NCBI GenBank assembly: GCA_034408725.1 | Contig: JAWXCN010000215.1 | Span: 1-44,788 of the forward strand | Length of the DNA: 44,788 nt | Reading direction: 5' to 3' | Source: Candidatus Hydrogenedentota bacterium | Lineage (GTDB): Bacteria > Hydrogenedentota > Hydrogenedentia > Hydrogenedentales > SLHB01 | Part shown: one piece after another, positions 37,941 to 44,788 of the stretch | Position numbering within the stretch: the first letter of the stretch is position 1 | How the letters are laid out: each line of letters opens with the position of its first letter | Notes under the pieces: model-generated | Told to the model about the DNA's origin: nothing | The model's input: only the letters and a program-made list of their open reading frames with translations | The model's database searches: none | Position numbers and translations under genes: made by a program

Positions 37941-40900
37941 CTACTTCGCGATAGGTTCGACGACGGCGAGTTGAGGCTTTTCTTCTTTCACGGTTTTCGC
38001 CGGTATCCGTTCCATCCGGATAAAGAAAGATAGCAGCGCGGGAATCAGAAACACGGTGAAGATCGTAGACAACGTCAGTCCGCCGAGAATGACCGCTCCG
38101 ATGCCGCGATACAATTCAGAACCGGGCCCCGGCCAAACCACCAGCGGCAGCATTCCGAACACCGCAGTGGTCGTGCTCATGTAAATTGGACGCAATCGCG
38201 TGCGTGTTGCATCAACAATTGCTTCCATGTGGTCCATGCCCTCGAGCCGCACGTTATTCAGCGACTGGTGAACTATCAGAATTGCGTTGTTCACGACCGC
38301 GCCAACGAGGATGATGAATCCCAGCATCGTCAGCACGTCCAGCGGCTGCGTATGAATAAACGTGTTAACGACCCACAGGCCCATAAACCCGCCGACTCCC
38401 GCCAGCGGCACCGTGAACATAATGATGAGCGGGTATATGAAATTGCCGTACAGCGCGGCCATCAGCAGGTACGTAATCGCCGCGGCGAGAATAAAATTCC
38501 ATTTGAGCGCGTTGCGCGTTTCGGTCAATTTGTCCGCGGCCCCGCTGAAGTTGACGGAGACGCCGTTCATCTTTCCCGACGAAAGCAACGACGGCACGAT
38601 TTCGTCGCTGATGATTTCCATCGCCTCTTGAATCGTAATGGTGAACGGTGGCGTAACCTGAAGTGTGATGGTGCGCGCGCGTTCCAGATGGCGAATCTCG
38701 GTCATGCCTGTGGTGTTCACCATTTCCGCAAGCGACGATACTGGCAATACCCTTCCTCCCGGCATCGCGACCATCGCGGAATAGACGTCCTCCGGCGTTT
38801 CCATTTGCTGCTCGTCGGCTTTCACGATGAGCTCGATTTTCTTTTCGCCTTCCTGTTTGAAATCGCCGATGTCGCGGCCATCCATCAGCACGTCGATCGC
38901 CGTGCCGAGCTGGAGCGCGGTGACCCCAACCGCGCGCATCCGTTCGCGCGAAGGTATGAACTGTACTTCAGGGTACATGACTTCCAATGCGGGCCGCGGA
39001 CGCACTTGTGCATCGTCAATTCGCGCCATGACAGCGCCGCGCAACGCGTTCGCCGACGCGATAAGGTCTTCCATACTTTCGCCACTCACGTCGACGTCGA
39101 TACTGCGTCCCCGGCCGCGACCCGTGCTGAAAATGCTTGCCTGCGTGCTCACGCCAAAAATTGAGGGGACGCTGTCGATAGCTTCCCGGCACACCGGCAA
39201 CAATTCGCGCGCGCGCGCGGGGTCCTGGCTGCGCACAACGAAAAACATGCCCGAACCACGGCCCGTGTAAAACATGTATTTGATGCCGGGCAACCCTTTG
39301 TACCCCGGCTCATAGTAGGGCTTCAGGTAATCATAGATTTGTTGGCCAATTGCATAACGCTCTTCGTACGATAGACCCGGCGGAGGGATAATGTTGTTGA
39401 AAATAATGTCGCGGTTGCCCTCCGGCAGGTACTCCATTTTCGGGACAAAAAAGTATGAGCCTGCCAGCGCGGCCGTCGTGAGGACAGCGACTGTCACCAC
39501 CCGCGTGAAGGCGTTGCGCAACACAAACCCCTGAAGCATGGCCATGCATAATTTTACGGCCCAGTTTCCGATCCGGCCCAGAATATCAAACCGGCCGCCG
39601 GCGGAGCCGTCGAGGGATGCGGAGATTTTCCAAGAGTACAAAGTTTTCGACAGCGATGGAATGACGGTTGCACAAACCAGCAGACTGATCATGACGCCCG
39701 CGGAAATCGCGATGGCAATCTCGCGGAAAAGTTGTCCGGCTTCCTGTTGCAAAAACACGACGGGCAAAAATACGGCCACGTTCGTTAACGACGATGCGAC
39801 GACCGCGCCCCATACCTCGCGCGTGCCCTCATAAGCCGAGTCCGCTGGCGATTTGCCCATCGCCCGGTGCCGGTCAATGTTTTCCAGCACAACGATCGAA
39901 TTATCGATAAACATGCCGACGGAAAACGCGAGACCGGCCAGGCTGATAACCATTCAGGGTGCCGCCAGACGCGTAAATGAAAATGAAAGTTCCCACGATA
40001 CAGATAGGAATCGAACTGGATACGACGAAGGTTGGCGCGATGCTTCGCAGAAATAGCAGCAACACGCCCACCGCGAGCAAACCGCCGATGATCACGTCGT
40101 GCTGGACCAATTCAATCGCGCCGCGGATATAAGGCCGTTGATCCGATACCCATTCCAGTCGCACTCCCGCGGCCTTCAGTTTGCCCTCGTTGAGTTCTTG
40201 AACAACCGTTTCAAGGCTGTCGGTCAATTCCAGGATGTTCGTATTCGGTTCTGGTGAAACTCCGACGGAGATGGTCGGTTTACCGTCCGCCATGGCGGGC
40301 GTTGACAGCTTCTCGTATCCAAACTGGACTGTCGCAACATCGGCAACGGTCACCCGCCGCTGCCCGTCCGCGCGCAATACCACACTCTCGATATCTTCGA
40401 CCGAACGGAACTCCGCCACCGTGCGAATTCGATAGTCGCGACGGCCTACTCCCAACGTGCCGGCGGCGACGGTGGCATTTTCGGCGCGTAACGCGCTGAC
40501 GACCGTGTCGATCGTCATGCCGTGCGATGCGAGCAACTCAGGGCTGACGAGTACCTGCATTTCCCGCGGCGTGCCGCCCGATACCCACAGTCCCGCGACG
40601 TTAGGAATGCGCTCGAGATGCTGGCGAACCTCGTTTTCAAAAAAGGTTGCGTACGTGAAAATGTGGTCCGGATTATCCTCGCTAGGCTTGAGCACCAACC
40701 ACACTACGGGAGACGACTCGGTGCCCTGGGCGTTGACCGAGGGCCTGTCCGCATTCTCCGGATATTCCTCGACTTCCTCAAGCTTGTTCGATACGCGAAG
40801 CAAGGCTTCTTCGAGATCCGTGCCGAGTTCGAATTCGAGATTGATGTCGGCCCGCCCGTTGTAAGAGCTGCTCTCCATCTCTTCGAGCCCAGGGATGCCC

Positions 40901-41115
40901 TTGAGCACTTGCTCCTGCTCTTCGATGATGTCGCGTTCGATCTCGTACGGCGTTGCGCCGGGCCAATTGGTTTCGACGCTGATGATTGGCTGTTCTACGC
41001 GCGGGCTCAATTGGTATGGCGTGTTGTACAGCGCAACGCTGCCGAAAAGCGTGAGCAGCAATACGCCCACAATTACGCCGACGGGATTCTCGATGGATAC
41101 CTTAATGATGTTCAT
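37941..41115 (-). pseudogene. RND efflux permease (AcrB/AcrD/AcrF family) split by a 1-nt insertion (pseudogene or sequence error)
   Basis: ORFs 39901-41115 and 37941-39953 join as ...GTLN-VISLAGLAFSVGMFIDNSIVVLEN if one G at 39950/39951 is removed, giving 1057 aa; VNNAIL and RLRPI motifs. Confidence 0.88.
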
Positions 41116-41136
41116 GGCGATTCGCCGCAGACCTGC

Positions 41137-42198
41137 CTAGCTCGCCGCCACGATTTCAACAGCCTGACCTGGCCTGAGCCGTTCCTGGCCCTTCGTGATG
41201 ACCTGCATACCGGGTTGCAGCCTCTTGCTCTCGATACCGGCCAGCAGGCCTTTATATCCGATGATGTCGACTTGCTCGCGCACCGGCGTCGTATCGTCCA
41301 CCCGATATACAACGTATTGATTGCCTTCCTGGATCACTGCGTCGCGCGGAACAAGCAGGCACTGCGTTTCTTCGCCCGCCGGAAGATTCGCATACGCCGA
41401 CATGCCCTCCAGCAGCCCCGGTTGCCGGTCGATCCGGATTTTCACCGGGAACAACAGGTCGGCCATGTCCCCCCGTGGAATCACGGTAACTACAGTACCA
41501 GTCAAAATGGTTTCGCCAACCGTTACATCCACCTCGAGCCCATCCTTGATGAACGGTATTATTTTCTCGGGCACGTTCACCATCACGTCCAGCACATCAT
41601 CGCGCGCGAATACGGCAATGGTCTGGCCAATATTTCGCCAATCGCCCAATTCGGCTATGCGCTCAATCACCTGACCGCTGAATGGAGCGCGAATCGTCTT
41701 TTTCTCGATCTCGCGTTCGATCCGCTCGACTTCGGCCTTGAGCGTGCCCACGCGATGTTCGGAAGCCTGCGCCGTGAACCGGATATCATCGTATTCCTGA
41801 GGAGTCGTCACCTCGTCTTTTAGCAGCGTCAATGCGCGGTCGAGGCGGGCCTGTTGAAGTTTGGTCTCAGTTTCCGATTGCAATACCGCGGCTTGGGCCG
41901 CTTGCAAATCCGAATCGAGCAATACATGGTCCAACCGGACCATGACTGCGCCTTTATCGAGATGCTGCCCTTCTTCAAACAGCACCTCGACAACTTTTCC
42001 GTTTACCTCGGTGGCAACGTTTGAAACTTCTTTGAAAAAGATGTTCCCCGGCAGCAATTGGGTGCGGGCGATCGTGCCAACCTCAAGGGTGCATACCGTC
42101 ACTTTTGCGGCCGGTGGTGGCCCCTCGGGCGCCTGCGCCCAGGCGGATATGCCGGAGAGGGCGAGAAATGTCGTGCAACGAATCGTATGAAGCAGCAT
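41137..42198 (-). CDS. RND efflux periplasmic adaptor (membrane fusion protein)
   Basis: V.GKVVEV.FEEGQ, TIRAPFSG, LLVPRDAV, L.PG.QVITKGQ.RLRPG; upstream of RND permease. Confidence 0.92.
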   Translation of the reverse strand: MLLHTIRCTTFLALSGISAWAQAPEGPPPAAKVTVCTLEVGTIARTQLLPGNIFFKEVSNVATEVNGKVVEVLFEEGQHLDKGAVMVRLDHVLLDSDLQAAQAAVLQSETETKLQQARLDRALTLLKDEVTTPQEYDDIRFTAQASEHRVGTLKAEVERIEREIEKKTIRAPFSGQVIERIAELGDWRNIGQTIAVFARDDVLDVMVNVPEKIIPFIKDGLEVDVTVGETILTGTVVTVIPRGDMADLLFPVKIRIDRQPGLLEGMSAYANLPAGEETQCLLVPRDAVIQEGNQYVVYRVDDTTPVREQVDIIGYKGLLAGIESKRLQPGMQVITKGQERLRPGQAVEIVAAS

Positions 42199-42276
42199 GG
42201 AATTCAGAACTTCTTATCCACCAATAGGTTGAGCGCGCCAAGCTGGTATATTAACACAAGATGCGTTGGAAATGTT

Positions 42277-43893
42277 TCATTCGCGTCCGCGCAAGGTCAT
42301 CGGTGGCATGAAAACCCCCAAGGGTTCGCGCACCCACCACGCGCCGCTCGATGCGCGCTCGGCGGGCGTCGAGAACCGGTAGTCAAACCGGATCGCGCGA
42401 ACATATCGCGGCGGAGTCCCTGCGAATGGATTTTCATCAAGCAGCGTGAGCACCTCGGGCTGTCCTTCGAGAATGCGATAGCAAAAGTTTCGAAACCATG
42501 CCGGTGGAAATTCTTGCGACGCCGCAAACCACATTTCCCAATCCAGCCGCGGTTGGAAAGGTTGCACCCAGCCGGGCCGGCGATCAAGGTCGCCTGGTTT
42601 CCATTTGAATTCATACGCGCGCCATTGCTGGCCGTCGGCGCTTCCCTCGATGACGAGCTCCGGGCGCGTTGTGGTCATTCTCGCGAATAACCCGTACCGG
42701 TTCGCAACGTGATAATGATCGGCAAATTGAAAGGCAGGGATGCTGTCAATCGGAATATTCAAGCCAAGAATCAGGCACATCTGCAGTCCCGAGATAACGA
42801 CCAACACGCAGGCCAATGCACCCATCGCCAGCTTTCGCGGGAGCCATAGCCTGCGAAGGGGTGGACGCTTTAATGATAATTTCCATCGCGCGGGAGCCAG
42901 GTAGTGCCAGTGCCGATCATCCAGCAGGAGGAGACAGGCCGCAATCACGAGCAGATTAAAAAACGTATAGTTCCCCGTCATGCCGATGCTGATCTGAAAA
43001 AGGATGAACACGGCGCACACGCCGGCGCGAATACGACGGGGGGCAAGCAACAGGAATGGCAGTACACACTCAATGGTCAGTGTGCATACCACCGAAATCG
43101 CGTGAATCCACCCAGGCAAATGGTGCGCGTACCAACTGAGCATATGCGGAAGCGGCTGCGTCTCGTAGTGGAATTTCATGGCGTCAAGATTCCACCAGGT
43201 GTCATTCCAAAGCTTCGCGTATCCCGACATGAACATCAGCCGGAACAGCATCCATCGGAGTAGCATCAGCATGATCCGGGAATGCACTTCTTCCCGCTGT
43301 ACGCCGGGCCACAACTTCGCTGGCGCAAAGAAAATCGACAAAAACGTCGCTTCGAGCAGTAACGTGTCCCAATTAAATTTTTCTAGAAAATCAGGCGTCA
43401 CCGACGCCAACGACAAGTAGCACGCATACAGGATTGCCAGGCACACGGCCGGGGCAATGTCCGCGATCAGTACGGTTGCCGCAAGCACGCCTACAGCGCA
43501 CAGCAGGTGCAAAAACCAATCGCCACTGGATATCCAACAGAGCGTCGGTGCCACGAAGACGCGCGTCCACGGATGTTCCCAGTGCTCCGCGCGCGCGATG
43601 ACTCCCTGCAAGAACAAGGTCGCGGGCGCTATCCCGTTGCTGCCTATCAACCCTTTCATCTGCCACCAGAACGAAGTGAATGCAATGAGATGAACAATCC
43701 CCAGCAGCCGCAGAAAAATCCACCGGGTAAAATAATAGGTAGGCGTGATGCCGCCCACGAGAAAATCCCGTTGGAGCAGCGCCGCAACGCGTTGGCCAAA
43801 GGTTTTGGGCGCGCCGGACGGAGTCGCGCCAATCACCGCGCCGAATCCGGCGTCCCCTGGTGAGGTAGTATCTTGCCCCGGCCTTGCGTACAC
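42277..43893 (-). CDS. Lipase maturation factor family protein
   Basis: FLRLLG..HLIAF.S...Q..GLIG.NGI.P, WDTLLLE, FRLMF.SG, HYETQPLP, YGLFARMT..RPE..IEGS, QPRLDW.MWFAA. Confidence 0.92.
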   Translation of the reverse strand: MYARPGQDTTSPGDAGFGAVIGATPSGAPKTFGQRVAALLQRDFLVGGITPTYYFTRWIFLRLLGIVHLIAFTSFWWQMKGLIGSNGIAPATLFLQGVIARAEHWEHPWTRVFVAPTLCWISSGDWFLHLLCAVGVLAATVLIADIAPAVCLAILYACYLSLASVTPDFLEKFNWDTLLLEATFLSIFFAPAKLWPGVQREEVHSRIMLMLLRWMLFRLMFMSGYAKLWNDTWWNLDAMKFHYETQPLPHMLSWYAHHLPGWIHAISVVCTLTIECVLPFLLLAPRRIRAGVCAVFILFQISIGMTGNYTFFNLLVIAACLLLLDDRHWHYLAPARWKLSLKRPPLRRLWLPRKLAMGALACVLVVISGLQMCLILGLNIPIDSIPAFQFADHYHVANRYGLFARMTTTRPELVIEGSADGQQWRAYEFKWKPGDLDRRPGWVQPFQPRLDWEMWFAASQEFPPAWFRNFCYRILEGQPEVLTLLDENPFAGTPPRYVRAIRFDYRFSTPAERASSGAWWVREPLGVFMPPMTLRGRE

Positions 43894-44020
43894 ATGAGCT
43901 CCTTCGGTATCGCTGCAAAACCGGCAAAGCCTACCACACTCGTCCGCCTCCGCTCAGCCCCTTGGCGATTTGCGCCGCTATTGCTATGATAGAGGCGTCC
44001 CCGGTAGCGTAAGGATCGCC

Positions 44021-44416
44021 ATGAGCATTACAAAGTCCGACAGACTCACCGAGCAGGTGCGGGTGCAAACCCAAAGCTACTTCGAGCCGGATCAAAGTGA
44101 CCAGCGCGCTGGTTATTACCATTTCGGCTATCGGATCCGTATATCGAATCATGGTGACTCTGCCGCGCGATTGATCAGCCGTCACTGGATCATCACCGAT
44201 GGACTTGGTCGCGTCGAAGAGGTCAAAGGCGAGGGCGTCGTCGGGAAGCAGCCGCGCCTGAAGGTCGGAGATTCCTTCGAATACGAAAGCTGTTGCCCGC
44301 TCTACACACGGCACGGGAGCATGCGCGGGGTTTACCATATGCGGCGCGACGACGGATCGATGTTCGACGTCGAAATTGGCGCGTTCACCCTCTGGCAACC
44401 TGCGCTCTCCAATTGA
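44021..44416 (+). CDS. apaG: ApaG protein
   Basis: Y.IRISN.G...ARLISRHWIITD..G..EEVKGEGVVG.QP.L..G.SFEY.S.CPL....GSM.G.Y. Confidence 0.95.
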   Translation: MSITKSDRLTEQVRVQTQSYFEPDQSDQRAGYYHFGYRIRISNHGDSAARLISRHWIITDGLGRVEEVKGEGVVGKQPRLKVGDSFEYESCCPLYTRHGSMRGVYHMRRDDGSMFDVEIGAFTLWQPALSN

Positions 44417-44446
44417 CGCCCCGCCGCGGGCGCCGGTGATGACGTG

Positions 44447-44788
44447 ATGCACGTGCGCATCATCGCGAATCCCATTTCCGGCGGAGGACGTGGCCCCGCT
44501 TCCGCGGAATCGTTGGCCGACGCATTGCGCAAACTCGGTTCTTCGTGCGATGTGCGGATTACCACCTGCGCGGGGGATGCGCATGCATGGGCCGGGGAAC
44601 CGGGCGCGGATTGCGTCGTGAGCGTCGGAGGGGATGGCACGCTGAACGAAATTGCAAACGCATTGGCGGGCACGGACACGCTGCTTGCCACTTTACCGAT
44701 GGGCACCGCAAATGTTGTAGCACGCGAGTTGGGCACGCCACTCGAACCCAATGCATTGGCGGAACTCATCGTCCAGCGCAAGACGAGG
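44447..44788 (+). CDS. Diacylglycerol/lipid kinase family (YegS/BmrU), 3'-truncated by window edge
   Basis: Translated by hand (absent from ORF track): IIANPISGGG, VGGDGTLNE, LPMGTANVVARELG. Confidence 0.9.
   Translation, partial: MHVRIIANPISGGGRGPASAESLADALRKLGSSCDVRITTCAGDAHAWAGEPGADCVVSVGGDGTLNEIANALAGTDTLLATLPMGTANVVARELGTPLEPNALAELIVQRKTR

Noticed and set aside
39940-39960. Programmed frameshift or phase-variable tract in the RND gene
   Set aside because: No slippery heptamer or homopolymer at the break
40522-41823. 433-aa plus-strand ORF (also 1081-2028, 38229-39164, 26837-27694, 35612-36460)
   Set aside because: Antisense shadows of well-supported genes, expected in GC-rich DNA
43931-44584. 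217-aa minus-strand ORF, and 44332-44781
   Set aside because: Antisense to apaG and the lipid kinase gene

Overview
A GC-rich bacterial chromosomal segment of about 40 genes. The gene repertoire resembles Hydrogenedentota/PVC-type bacteria, but that is inference only. Housekeeping and metabolic genes include purM-purL-purQ divergent from a LysR regulator, two Gfo/Idh/MocA oxidoreductases, an aldehyde dehydrogenase, an R2-like ligand-binding oxidase, a GH36-like glycosidase, an FGGY kinase, prpD, a GDPD, an RND pump with a 1-nt frameshift, a lipase maturation factor, apaG and a partial DAG-kinase-family gene. The accessory hotspot is a tRNA-Gly/tRNA-Lys pair followed by a 2.94-kb integrative element bounded by a 49-bp direct repeat of the tRNA-Lys 3' part, then hicAB. 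The most notable observation is that the integrase reads through the att core. Its stop codon lies inside the tRNA, and excision would fuse it in frame to a 63-codon open frame at the other end, giving different C-termini in the two states. Also notable: a REP-like palindrome present once intergenically and once inside a coding 5' end, an inverted hexamer-repeat element, and two apparent pseudoenzymes (radical SAM/SPASM-like and sulfatase-like). All calls come from reading the sequence; no searches were run.
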